64,000 bases of DNA from Octopus sinensis (lineage: Eukaryota). How positions within the stretch are numbered: position 1 is the first letter of the stretch; every line of letters starts with the position of its first letter. The translations under genes were made by a program, and so were the position numbers. Under the pieces are notes generated by a model. That model was not told where the DNA came from. It did not search any database and worked only from the letters and a program-made list of their open reading frames with translations. Location: contig NC_042999.1 of assembly GCF_006345805.1 (NCBI RefSeq), positions 139,562,001 to 139,626,000 on the forward strand. Direction: 5' to 3'. Shown here piece by piece: positions 1 to 12,479 of this stretch.

Positions 1-127
1 ACATATATCCTTGGTCTCTATAATTAATTGCAATATCAATGATCTCACAAATAAATTCTATAAGCTGATCTTTGTTATATTTCTCCTATTGGTGTGTGAT
101 GCTTAAAAATGTATACCTGATATCTAC

Positions 128-508
128 CTTGAGACTTGTACGATAAGTATTTGTCCTCTGTTTCTGAGCTTCCAATCTTGCCTGTCTTTGTTCTGGTGTT
201 TCTGCCCGCCGTCTAGCAAGCTCTCTTTGCCTATGATTTCGTAATCTTAATTGCCTTTCTTCTGCAGTTTCATTTTTCCGTCTTTCCTTTACCCTCATAG
301 CATTCCTATAAGCATTTGTCTTCTGTTTCCGATCTTCTAATCTTGCTTGTCTTTGTTCTGGTGTTTCTGCCCGCCGTCTAGCAATCTGACTTTGCCTATG
401 ATTTCGTAATCTTAACTGCCTTTCTTCTGTAGTTTCATTTTTCCGTCTTTCCTTTGCCTTCATAGCACTCCTGGTGAGACGACCCAGTGCTGATACTTTG
501 GGAGGCAT
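128..508 (-). CDS. Unit A: first coding exon (STPR-like 23-aa repeats) of the repeat-BTB gene; downstream exons lie left of the window
   Basis: ORF MPPKVSALGRLT...ETTEERQLRL...ETPEQRQARL with a 55-aa (165-bp) internal duplication. Acceptor ttttctag just upstream of the ATG; donor AAG|gtagat at 128/127. Paralogous to the exons at 11895, 30306 and 55440. Confidence 0.8.
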
Positions 509-1640
509 AACTTCATAACACTAGAAAACAAGACGTCCTATTATCAGAGAACATTGACACATTTTCTAGATATCTAAAACTAAAATTAGTACAATATCTT
601 TTAAACATGTTACAAGCAACAAATTATACCAATAATCCTTTCCCAATTATGTCTACAGAAAACTAGTATTTATATGAAGATTCCAACTGAAATCTTAGTG
701 TATGGTCTTCACATTGCACAATATTGCTCTTTATAAACGGAGTGTAAGGGATTAGCTCCCCTTGAAAACTATTGTAAATTCGCCATTTTACTAGCGATTA
801 AACTTTGTATATACTAACACGTATTGGGTCCAAAATCTAAACTCCTGACATACATATATATATATAAAGCTGCTTTGCTGGAGTTAACGTGAGAAAAGTA
901 GTAAAATGTGATTTAAAACATTGCCAAGATGGACACATATTTTAGTAATTAGTTCGATTCCAGGTTTGTAGTTTTATATCGAATTTAGAAATATCAGGGT
1001 TTTTTTTATTTAACACGAAGACAATTGGATATTTACCCGATATTTCATTTTAGATCTTTCAACATCACAAGGATACATATGTCAAGGAAATTTAATTGTA
1101 ACACAAATTCTGAATTCGACGAAATCAATGAGTATCTACCTTTTAATCTATTCTGGTGATCGCTGCTCGTTTAGTTTGTAAATAATGAACAGATTGGAAC
1201 GATTGGGTGGTTTACTGATTTTGAAGTCACAGAATAAACTATATATTTTCGTGTTTAATTGAAGCACGTTCATAAATTATTCTTATTGATTCTAATTTTT
1301 ATAAAGTCCCTAAGGCTTTGTATTTTCTTCCCAGAAAATTTGTTATAAGAAACAAATCGATTACAGAGTTGTTCTTTCCTAATATTTTTTAAAACGAATT
1401 TTGCGTAATGAGGAGTTTTTCTAAAATTTTCTATACATTATATTTAATTAGGATATAGTATCACATATATGTAAAAGATAGTTATATGGTATAAATATTT
1501 ACCCATATATTATTCACTAAAGCGCGACAGGCATGATTAACCATTCATCGCAAAAAGAGAAAAACAATATAGGTAAGCAGGAGGAAACAAAAAATTATAA
1601 TATTTAAGATGTGAAAATAATAGAAACAAATTAAACTTAC

Positions 1641-1705
1641 CCGAGAAGGGTCAAAAGTTGGTGCAATGTTAGTTTCCAGAGCCTGCAGGTTCGATAACTC
1701 ACTCA
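1641..1705 (-). promoter_or_regulatory. Putative non-coding first exon/promoter block of unit A
   Basis: Conserved block ending in a strong minus-strand donor (CGG|gtaagt). Recurs upstream of other units at 19246, 21407, 33410 and 47518. The 5' boundary is approximate. Confidence 0.45.
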
Positions 1706-2199
1706 CTTAACTAGCCTCGGAAAAATCTGAATGCCAATGATATGGCCGCTGAGCAAAGCTTCAAATTTCAGTAAAATATAATTTAATGTTAGTTGGTTTA
1801 AAATTATTTATTTTTAAGTAAATATTTATATTCAAGTGAACGAAAATTGAGTGTAATTTCATAATGTAATCTTTGGAAAAGTGGTGACGATATGATTAAC
1901 TAACCCAAATTTCCTGATGCAGACCACTATACCTATTGTTATTTGACAATATCAAAACCTGACGGTGCTATTGGTCTCAGGGGATCAGTGGTCGAATAGC
2001 TGGAGTTAACAACAAACAAGATGAGGACAAATATCTGTCAAATGTAAATAATTCCTCATCTCTTAAATATAGAACCATATTAACCACATCAGTTTCAATC
2101 AGTCTGACAGTCATAGCCTCAAAGATCAAGGACACCGCTTTTCCATTTTCTCACGTAATTTTGCTAAACAAAACTGAAAACATCATAAATCACATCTTT

Positions 2200-2770
2200 A
2201 CTGGCACTCTGCTGGTTACAAGTAGGGCTCCAGTTGATCAGTTCATCGGATCAACAGAACAGTCTGCACATGAAATTAGCATACAAGTGGCAGAGCACTC
2301 TGCAGACACTCTTTTACTTGTTCCAGTCATTTGACTACTAAGTTACAGAGACATAAACACACCAGTATTAGTTGTCAAACGATGTTGGGTGGGGTGAAAA
2401 CACACACACACACGATGAGTTTCTTTCCATCTACCAAATCCACTCACAAGGCTTTGGTCTGCTTAAGGCTATAGTAGAAGACACTTGCCCAAGGTCCCAC
2501 TCAGTGGGACTGAACCCAGAACTATGTGGTTGGGAAGCAAGCTTCTTATCATACTTCCACACCTGTGTATCCTTAACATAGTTCTCAGGGAGATTCAAAA
2601 TGACTCAGAATGCAACAAGGCTGGCCCTTTTAAATACAGGTACTACTCATTTTCGCTAGTTAAGTGGTCTGGAGCAACTTGAAATAAAGTATCTTGCTCA
2701 AAGATACAATGCACCACTAGGAATCAAACTCAGGACCTGAATACCCTAACCACTAAGCCACACACCTTCA
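2200..2770 (-). mobile_element. Decayed SINE fragments
   Basis: Motifs 'caaatccactcacaaggctttggtc...cttgcccaaggt...agtgggactgaaccc' and 'cttgctcaaagatacaatgc...aatcaaactc'; a similar copy occurs near 62570-62710. Confidence 0.55.
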
Positions 2771-4099
2771 TCACCTGTCTACATCACAACAAACATACTA
2801 TGTGCAACTGAAAGTCTTTGTCAAAATCTACAATCTGAAGAGAATCTTTCTGCATTCAACCTTTAGAATTTAGATCAACCTTCCAGAAACTATAGTTAGA
2901 ATCATCTCATACTTCAATATTTGATTTCCTAAACAGACAGCAGTCATTTTCTTACAGAAACCATGAGCCAGTGACTGACCCTTTCAATTTCCCATCAAGA
3001 AGAAATCATGGGTAGTCTTTCAAAAAGTAAAGACTATGAAAACTGTCCTCATTTAGAAAAATTTAGTACACCATTTTCTATGTTTGGAAAGGATTGATAG
3101 ATTAATAAAGAGTTAAGAATATAAATGAAGACATCAATGATTAAGATTAAAATTTCCAAGTATATCCATCCTTTTATTATTAATCAATGGAGGCTAACTA
3201 GCATACAGATCATTGAAGATAATGCTAGATGCATGGGTACAATGACCAATGGTTTGGGGGGGGGGTATTAATTTTCTGTTTTTGGATGGAAAAACTTAGG
3301 AAATGAAATATTCAATATTGTAAATAAAAAACTAGAAACAAAACTTGACAATTCAATTTAATTTTTATTTTGTTTCCTTTGTTATTGCCATTTTGTATGG
3401 CCAAGATGTTTTTTTTAATTAGTGCAATTGTCTCACTGATAAAAGCTCTTCTTACTAATCATTGTAACATAAGAGTAGAAAATGTTTTATTTGTCAGGCA
3501 CTCTGGAGCAGCTCATTGGCTGTAGAACTTCAGTTTCCACCCACAATAATGTAGTCAGAGACCTAGCACCCTAATATTAGAGCCATTAAGCCTTCATAAT
3601 ATATTTTATAATGTTGTAAATTCTAAGCATTAGAAGGGTTAGTGTTAGGAAGGACATCCAACCATAGAAACCAAGCCAAAACAGATTATGGAACTTGGTG
3701 CATCCTCTAGCCTTGCCAGTTCTTCTCAAGCCATCCAACCCTTGCTAGCATGGAAAACAGGCGTTAAATGACGATGATCTGTTTTTATATTAAAATAAAC
3801 AATTTAATACAAATTTATATTGATATGATTTTGATTTTGATTTTTCCAGTTTCAGCTCATGAGCTGTGGCCATGCTGATACATTTTTATTTAAATTTATA
3901 TCAAATAAAAAATATCATCAGTGCCATTTATACATAAGGCTATCTTACCAGATAGAAGCTGTCATCCTAATACTGTTCATAAAACATCTTGTGTATAAAT
4001 ATATAAGAAGATATTAGAAGAGCAGGAATACTTGGCAAATTACCCTTAGAAAGTGGAAATATCTGTTAATAAACCCACATCCCCCAAGACTCCGGCTGA

Positions 4100-5195
4100 G
4101 TGCCTTATCATTAAGCTAAACTATGTAGGATAATACTTTATCTTCAATGCACAAGTGCAACAGAGAGTTTCACGGGAAAGACAAAGTGAGAGAGGGAGAG
4201 AGAGAGCCATTGCTTTTTTGATGGCATCTAACAAAAAAATAAGATAAAGTGGAAGAAGGAGACAGAGAGTTTCATGGGAAAGACACAGTAAGAGAGGGAG
4301 AGAGTAAGTGACTACGTTCATAAAAAATAAAATGTAAAATGTTTTGTTTTTTGTTTTTGAAAGGCACACTATATTTTATAATCATAGTATATATACTTTC
4401 TCACACAACAATTACAATATATTTATTTTAAATCGTTCGTCTTTCTCCCCCATCTCTCTCTCACACACATTACTTTGGGTGCGAAAGAGTTTTGTTTTTA
4501 TTTTACACTGAGTAAAAAAGTGTTTTGTTGACAATCCATTTATTTAACAACAAAGAAACAAAGAGGTGAGTAACAATTTGTCAGTGAATTACATAATATA
4601 AATGGGTACAATTTGCAAGGCTTCCACCACACCTCACTCCGTTTCACGGACCACAAAAAGGGTTTTGAGGCCAGAGTAGTTGATTCCATGCAAAAAAAAT
4701 CGATTTTTTTTCTTAGTGGAAATTATGCGAGTGTTAATCTACAAATTTATCAGCATTTCTTCCATTCATTTCTGTTTATGAACATGTATGCGTGCACAAA
4801 ACATGCAATAGGTGTATGTACGTACATGTGTGTTCGTGTCTGTTGCCCATATATATTTATATTATATTATATATATATATATAATATAACTAATTTCAAC
4901 GGATTTCACCCAAATTAGTTTGGTTTGAAATAAAAAACTTGATTAGCTTAATAATCGTAACTTAATCCCAGGCAAGGCCAGGTTATACTGCTAGTGGCTG
5001 ATATTTGTTATGGTTAAAAGCTATGGTTGAAAATAGATTTTTACCCTATCCACGGGTGCCTCGGGAAAAAAATAAGTTGACAAAACCCAGATAGGATGTT
5101 GACAAATGTCCTCCTAAAATTTGAGCGACATGTGTGCTAATTTGTAGATGTGCATAAATTACAATCACGTACACACATCCTCCCTTTTATAGATA
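4100..5195. mobile_element. Non-autonomous Helitron-like fragments
   Basis: Helitron-type 3' end 'cccaggcaaggccaggttatactgCTAGt' at ~4965-4995. Adjacent sequence ends in 'cacacatcctcccttttatagatat', like the minus-strand Helitron 5' ends at ~17270 and ~46150. Confidence 0.45.
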
Positions 5196-6339
5196 TGATG
5201 TGTAATCTGGGTGAAAATCTATAGAGGTGTCTGAGTTAGAGAAAAGAACTGAAACAAGACACTGTCAACCAACCAAAACTTTATAAATCAAACTAGCTGC
5301 CAAGAATGTCATAATGTGCACCATACTCTATTCAGTTTCCATATGTGTTTAGTCACAGTGGGTCTATCAGCAGTGTCTCTGAGAACAGTTGAACAGGGAG
5401 CTCTGTCACTGATGGAATTCCAATCCAATATAGACCTGAAATTTGTCCAATTGATATTTTCTTTCCTGTCCACGAAAATATAGTGCATATATATAGAGAG
5501 AGGTTGCTTACATCTGCCTATTATATAAAATTTTGGCTAAAATCTATTGATATACTCAATAAGAATAAGAATATTTCTGTATACGTCACCCGTGTGATGT
5601 CTCCATTGAGTTGAAGACAATGGAATGAACACAAACTCCATTGAGATTTTAAACACAAAGATATTTACTTTTATCATTAACAAACTATCTTTGTTACTAT
5701 AAACACTGGAAAAGATATTTACACCAGAATAACACATCATCAATCAGTGTGAAAGAGTAATGCAAGTAGACTGTCTAGCAGCATGACAAGCATATGTCTC
5801 ACTGGAAATGATTTAGTTAATTCTTGCAGCTAGGTGGTTTAGCTGAATCATCGACATCACCAGCCATTGATCTTAATGCAATAGCCACACTACTTGCAGC
5901 CAACTGGTTTTAAGGTGTGCACCACTACTACTTGCCAGTGGCAAAAGGAAGCTCTATTTACAGCTATATCTTTCAAAAACAGTGCTAGATGGAATTGTTA
6001 ATAAGATCCTGTTTTACAAAACATTTATGACATCATCAGTAACAGAGCAAATCCTGTTCATATAGTTTAGTTGTTTTGGCATCAGATAGAGTGATCCGCA
6101 TTCAATTTCTAAGTGTGTTGGGACTGCCAAATATTCCTTCTACCACTCTGTAGTACAGAACAGCATTGAAATAAAACACTGCTGATACAACAATAATTTA
6201 TTGAGTATATTAAATTCTTAGATATACAAGCTATGGTAATATTTTGTTTGGGTAATCATTCTAGTAAACATAAAAGTTTACAGAAGAGTGCCCATGAGGC
6301 TAGTTTCGAATATGCTTTAAAAATCCTTAAATAAAGGAT

Positions 6340-7270
6340 GCCCCTAGTAATCTTTCACAAAGATGAAAAAATTGACTGACTTTTTAAAGATATTCCTTTC
6401 GATGATTGCCCATTTACAGATGCAGAGTATGTGAAAGCATGGACATTCCAGAAGACTGGTGAGATCTGTGGTAAAGATGGAGTGGTTCTTAGAGTACTGG
6501 ACTGTGTTTTTCTTGACGGCATTATATTAAGTTACCTAATAAGCAGAGAGAGATTTCTTTCAGTTCTGTTCTTACCAAAAACTGTAACAGGATGTATGTC
6601 AACTATTTTCAGCCTGTTAAAATCTCTGCTGAAGTTTCAACGGAGCAAATTTCAAGAGTAAAAAATTTTGGTTCTGAGTAGGATCATCAAACAAGTGAGG
6701 AACAGAAAACTCCCAATAATCATAAGTTTCATTGGTTTTAAGAAAGTATTTCTTACACTTCATTGAGAACTTGTCTGCATTCTGAAAAGTATGACAATCC
6801 TGAGAAGCTAGCGCAAGCAATCAATAAGTTATGTATGAAGGCATGAGTGAAGATCAACTTGCTTGACAGTGAAATGAATGTCTTCAACAACTTCACCAGT
6901 GTGCAGCAGGGAGATAGTCATCCTCCCTCTTTCTCTATTACTATTAGTCAAACATTCACTTGATAATTATGTAGAGAAGCACTGAGGCCACACTGCAGTC
7001 AAGAAATGGAATTCATTGAGTCAGATATTAGTTGTTGGTCTTGGCTGTGTCAACATCTCACTTGCCTTACATACTGCTGAGCAAGCTTGTAAAATCCTGC
7101 TTCCAGTTAATAGAGAATACATAAAAGTAGAACTATTCTTAAAGAAAACCAATGAACTTCAAATACCAATGATACAGTCATGAGTAACAGCAATGGAGAA
7201 GCCTTCCAGGTAGCAAAGGATTCCAATTCTACAGTGCTTAGATCTCATCTTTGGCGACTTCAAGGCAGCA
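6340..7270 (+). mobile_element. Heavily decayed LINE reverse-transcriptase relic downstream of unit B, present in every unit
   Basis: Remnant RT motifs: FTDAEYVKA...TGEICGKDGV, SFIGFKKVF (cf. FIDFKKAF) and VQQGDS (cf. GVxQGD). Paralogous copies at ~25900-26810, 36800-37740, 50810-51740 and a fragment at 56482-56680. Confidence 0.55.
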
Positions 7271-7554
7271 GCACTGCCACCACCACTGTTATTGTTAAAT
7301 CACCCAACTCCTAGTAGTACAAAGGTAATAAACGAGGATAACAACAGGTTACATCTAGCAGCAGTAGTCAACAAACAACAAGTTTATGTAGACAATATTG
7401 AAATTTATCAACAATTTATCACAAGACAAAAAACTCTTCTGTATTTTTCATTAGAAAATAAAACAAGGCAGGTATTTCAAAAATTATTTATTACAAAACT
7501 AAAGCTCAATTTATCAGTGTGTATGTGTCTGTAAACTGAAAACTATTTCTGATA

Positions 7555-10500
7555 TCAAGTAAAACCATCTGTTTTATATAAACCTGTATTTTTGACATTG
7601 GTAACTTGTGTTGATGATAATGGTAATCTGTCCCCTTCTGCTGTAAAAAGTCCTACAGGATAGACATCTTCATTGCTACCACAAATCACATTGTTGTCAA
7701 TTAACTGAGTTGTTGTTGTCCGATTTAGTGATTTAGAAGAGTCTTCTCTTATGAGTCTAGATTGAGAACACAGTTTTTCTTCACTATATGACACAGGAGA
7801 TAAGTCAGAAACTGGAGAACTTTCAAATACATTAGATTTTAATTTGGGTGATGTTCCATATATCTTATTTGTTGTTGCTTTGCTATTTGTGGTATCTGAA
7901 AATGGTAAGCTAAAATCTGTAGTGGATATAGCTATGGAATTCAAAGGAGTGTTTAGCGCCTGAGAACTATCAGAAACTGAACTAGATGTTGAAGCTCTTT
8001 TATTCATTTGACCATATTTGTCATCATCAGGTCCTACAGGCTCGATTTTTACAGTGGGAAGAATATCAGAACCAAATGGAGAGTTGCCACCGTTAGTGTC
8101 CAGAGATGCAGCCTCAAACTCTCGCTTAAAGATTCTGACTGTACCTTCTTTAAGCTGTGCTAATTCATTTTGGGAAATCTCCTGCTTAATATCCTCAGTA
8201 GGAACAGCTGAAATATTAGATGGCATCTGCCGGGAATCATCAAATGCAGTGACTGTCGAAGCAAGTTGCTGACGTGTTCCACTTTGAAGATGAGCATCAC
8301 ACAGATTTTGTAAATCTTTCATGTCTAATTGTTTTGCAATGACTTTTAGCTGTTGTAAAATATTAAGATCAAGATCTAATAGTCCAGTATATATGTATTC
8401 AGCAAAAGCCATTAAAGCTTCTGTACTAACTACTTCAGGAAATTTTACTTCAAAAACCTGGGAAGAGATGTATGTACTAAATACTGAGAACAGTTTTGGA
8501 GACACAGCAGACAAAACAATTTTATGGACCTGAAATATAGTAAATGATAACAGTATGTTTACAGCTTGCCAACAATACATTGATAGACACTTAAGAATCA
8601 TGTTCATAAAATAGAAAAATGTAAGTTTGTTTTTCCAACTTTTACAAAAGCTACTGACTACCAAAAGCCATTGGAAGTTCATTTAAACTTCATTTATCTC
8701 AGAGAATTATTTCATTAATACTTTAACTAAATCAACTCCATTTTCTTTTCTGTAAAATATTCTATTGCATTTTAATGACTGAATCATAAAATTTTCTGAT
8801 AATAATAAAACTCAATTGAATTCTATCTATAACTTCTGATAAAGGCATAAAAAATTTTATGACTAATTAATTATAACAGATTTATCTAAAAATTGCACCA
8901 GTAAGAAAATACAAATCAACTAGACCTACCTTTAAGAAATATAGAGAGGAGTAGAATAAAGAATATCGTGATATTAAGCACATTAGATCTTAAGCATAAT
9001 CTTTTAGACTTACAAGCTAGATTTTTTAGTTATAATGATGATGACATTAGAAACAGTTTATAAATATGAAAAAGTTTACAACTGTATACTTACCATCACA
9101 GTAGATGAGCCATTGCTAATACTGGCATCACATAATTTCCTACTTCTCCACATAGATGCTAGGTTAGACATCACATAACGGTGATGACTAGTAACTAGCA
9201 ATTTTTGTTTCGGTAAATCTGTTATTCTAATTATTGATTTAGATACAGTTGTTTGATTTGGATCTTTCACCAGCTTTGATTTGGATGGAGTTATTTGAAA
9301 TGGTGAAGTCAACACTTGAGCTGGTTTTGTAATATTTTGTGATGCTTGTGCTAAACTTGAATCTTGCTGGACTGGCATTTTAGTAGTTAGATGTACACAT
9401 TTTGAAGTCTTTGGAGATGATAAAGCACTGTCCATTTGCCTAAAATGAAAATTTGCAATTCATTGAGAAGAAATATATATAAGAGAAAAACAATAACTCA
9501 ACAGCATTGTCAAAATACCATTTTAGTTACCACATACCATCTGTCATGTGATTGTTGATTTTTTAACTTTTGATTCTGCAGGCATTGCTCCCCAAGGTGC
9601 TGTGTTTCATTCTTTTTTTCTTGTATCATTTTCATCTGAGTATTGAGGAAGTGAGGCATGATCAAAGAAAGATATAAAGAGATAAAAGAATAAAGATTTC
9701 AGTTCATTGGAAATAATTTGAACTATGACGAATTGATAAGTTATTTAATGCAAATGTCAATGATAATTAAAAAGCTAACAAATAATATTTAATTTCCACA
9801 TTGAAACTTTCACTAAGAAAAAATGGAATCTGTCAGCCACGTAAGTATATGGCAAATCCCCAAAAGCATTCAAAATCAACATGAACAGAGAATCTCTACA
9901 GAATTCCAAAATTGAAAGGGGAATGGAGTTGGATGTTATACTTATCCTATTCTGAAATCTGACATGGTGGTAGATTGTTATAATTTGACTTCAACATCAA
10001 ATATATAGTAACTGCTGCCACAATTCACACAGACATTCTCTGGTAAATATTTTGCAGAAAATTTTTCAACATTGTAATTCCTGATTGAACTTACAATTTA
10101 CAATTGATCTGACAGCAGCTTCATTAAATTTGTATTTTTATCATATACACGGATTCCAATTTATAATGGATAGTGATCCCTCAACACTGTATAGTGTACA
10201 TGATACTGTATTGCAGGTGTGTATTTCTGTGTTGATGATAATATTAGATAATGAAGTACTGAGCATGCTTAGTTACTTGACCTGTCTGCTGATGTTTATC
10301 AATTGTACAGCTCCTAAACCTGATATGGAGATTCAAGGAAGGTTACAAAGTATGACTGAGCCTTAATTCATAATTTTATTGAGTTCATTTCTTATGAAAA
10401 TTGTGGAGAGGCTGCAGTACTAAAAGTTTACATCACAAGAAACCTCATGTTATGAAGCTTCTTACGAGGGGTGTATGAAAAGTTTTGAGCCTAACCTAGA

Positions 10501-12479
10501 AACGGGGCTGCTAGGTAGCTGAAACAATTTTCTGGTAAGTACAGTCTTTTGGGAGTATTCTTGCTCATTTTCATGATTCTGATATTTTAATTTTTTTTGT
10601 TACAGATTTTTGAATAAGCAAGTGTCAAGGTTACAAGGAAAATAGAGAAAACTGAGTATCGTGCTGTCATAAAATACCTTTATTTGAAAGGCATGACTTC
10701 ATCAGAAATCCATGAAGATATGGTGAGAACCTTAACAGACAGTGCTCCTTGATATGCAACAGTCAAACTCTGGGTAAATAAATTCCAGTGTGGCAGGGAG
10801 AGTGTGGAAGATGATCCCACACCAGGGAGGCCTCCAACTGCAACCACCGAGGACAACATTGACCTTGCTCTTGGTATGATAATGCAAGATCATCGAATAT
10901 CATGTCGCCAGATAGCTGAGAGACTGCGCATCTCAAATGAAAGAGCAGACAACATTGTGACAAAAGAACTTGGGTTCTCAAAGGTTTCTGCTAGGTAGAT
11001 CCCTTGCCTTTTGACTCCTGAACAGAAACGCATCCGGTGCACTTTGTTCATGAGTAATCTGGAACTGTTTGAAGCCGATGCAAAGAATTTTCTTGCTCGT
11101 TTTATTACTATGGACGAAAGTTGGGTTCATCACTACCAGCCTGAAACCAAAGAACAATCAAAGCAGTGGAAGCATACATTTCTCCTACCCCAAAGAAGGC
11201 CAGGTCATTCTTTCAGCTGGCAAGGTCATGGCATCAGTTTTTTTGGATTCTCAAGGTGTCTTGCTGATCGATTACCTTGAAAAGGGTCACATCGTGACAG
11301 GGATGTATTATTCTCAGCTACTGTAATGCCTCCAGGAAGCAATCAAAGAAAAAAGGCCAGGAATGCTCACCAGAGGAATCCTTTTTCATCATGACAATGT
11401 TCCAGCCCATACCTCAGTGGTTGCCATAGCAACAATTCGTGATTGTGGATACAATTTGTTCCCCATCTGCCTTATTTGCCAGACTTAGCCCCCTCTGACT
11501 TTCATCTATTCCCAAAAATGAAAAAAGCCCTGGCTGGTCGCCATTTTGCCACTGACAATGACGTCATAGACACTGTAGGAAGTTTCTTAGAGTCTCAAAC
11601 AAAACAGTTCCTCTACGCCGGGATAATGGCACTTCAGCACCACTGGAGAAAGTGTTCAGCCATCAAAGGGGACCATGTTGAAAAATAAATCATCAGAAGT
11701 CTTGTACTATGTTTTGTTTTTTTGAGGCTCAAAACCTTTCAGACACCCCTCATAATACATTCATCCTACATATATCTTTGGTCTCTGAAATTAATTGCAA
11801 TATCAATGATCTCACCAATAAATTCCATAAGCAGATCTTTGTTATATTTCTCCTATAGGTGTGTGATTCTTAAGAATGTATACCTGATATCTACCTTGAG
11901 ACTTGTACGATAAGTATTTGTCCTCTGTTTCTGAGCTTCCAATCTTACCTGTCTTTGTCCTGCTGTTTCAGCCTGCTGGCTAACAAATTGTCTTTGCCTT
12001 TGGTTTTGTAATCTTAATTGTTTTTCTTCTGTGGTTTCCCTTTTCTGTTTTTCTCTTGCCTTCTTAGCATGTTTGGTGAGATGGCCCAGTGATGTTAGTT
12101 TGGGATGCATAACTTCATTTGGTTGATCTTCATTCATGGAATTTCTTCGCTTTTGAACTCTATTTCTCATATTCTGTAGATAAGTTTCCCTCTCCTCAGG
12201 ATTCATGTTATTTCTTCTCTCCTGATCTTTGTCTCTTTTATTCTGAAGATAAAGTTCTCTCTCATGTTGGTCCATATTATTTCTTCTTTCACGATCTCTG
12301 TTTCTTCTATTCTGAAGATAAAGTTCCCTCTCCTCTTGGTTCATATTACTCCTTATTTTTTGCATACGTTCTCGAATACGGTCACGGACTGCTTGCCTCT
12401 CTTCTGTTGATAACCGCTGCCGTCGTCTTCTCTGTCTTTCTCTTGCTGCCGCTCTTTGTTGACTTATTCTCTCTTCCAT
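7555..12479 (-). CDS. Unit B: repeat(STPR-like)-BTB/POZ protein, 4 coding exons (12479-11895, 9635-9538, 9439-9094, 8529-7555), 667 aa
   Basis: All junctions GT/AG with compatible phases (0,2,0); total 2004 nt with no internal stop. BTB signature LCDASI...VHKIVLSAVSPKLF...FAEYIYTG...AKQLDMKDLQNLC spans exons 3 and 4. Confidence 0.8.
10465..11752 (+). mobile_element. Mariner (Tc1/mariner, DD34D) transposon, full-length but pseudogenised, in an intron of unit B
   Basis: TIRs cgaggggtgtatgaaaagttttgagcct / aggctcaaaacctttcagacacccctca with TA TSD. The empty site 'ccttcttaatacattt' is seen in units C, D and E. Transposase motifs ITMDESWVHHY, HHDN, PYLPDLAPSDFHLF, broken by stops and frameshifts. 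Confidence 0.93.

Noticed and set aside
86-127. Repeat ORFs ending VDIRYTFLSITHQ as standalone small proteins
   Set aside because: The tail follows conserved splice donors in phase with downstream exons, so it is more simply read as intron. An intron-retained short isoform cannot be excluded.
7292-7534. Recurrent plus-strand 80-104-aa ORF downstream of each unit (also 26812, 37765, 51726)
   Set aside because: It uses non-ATG starts, has no recognisable domain and is antisense to the 3' UTR. Recent duplication or conversion explains the recurrence.
8530-8682. Hydrophobic N-terminal extensions of the 361-375-aa BTB ORFs (also 28080-28190, 38997-39146, 53005-53157) as signal or TM peptides
   Set aside because: These are intron read-through. 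A conserved tttcag acceptor precedes VHKIVL, the start of the BTB lies on the upstream exon, and the extensions differ in start position between copies.
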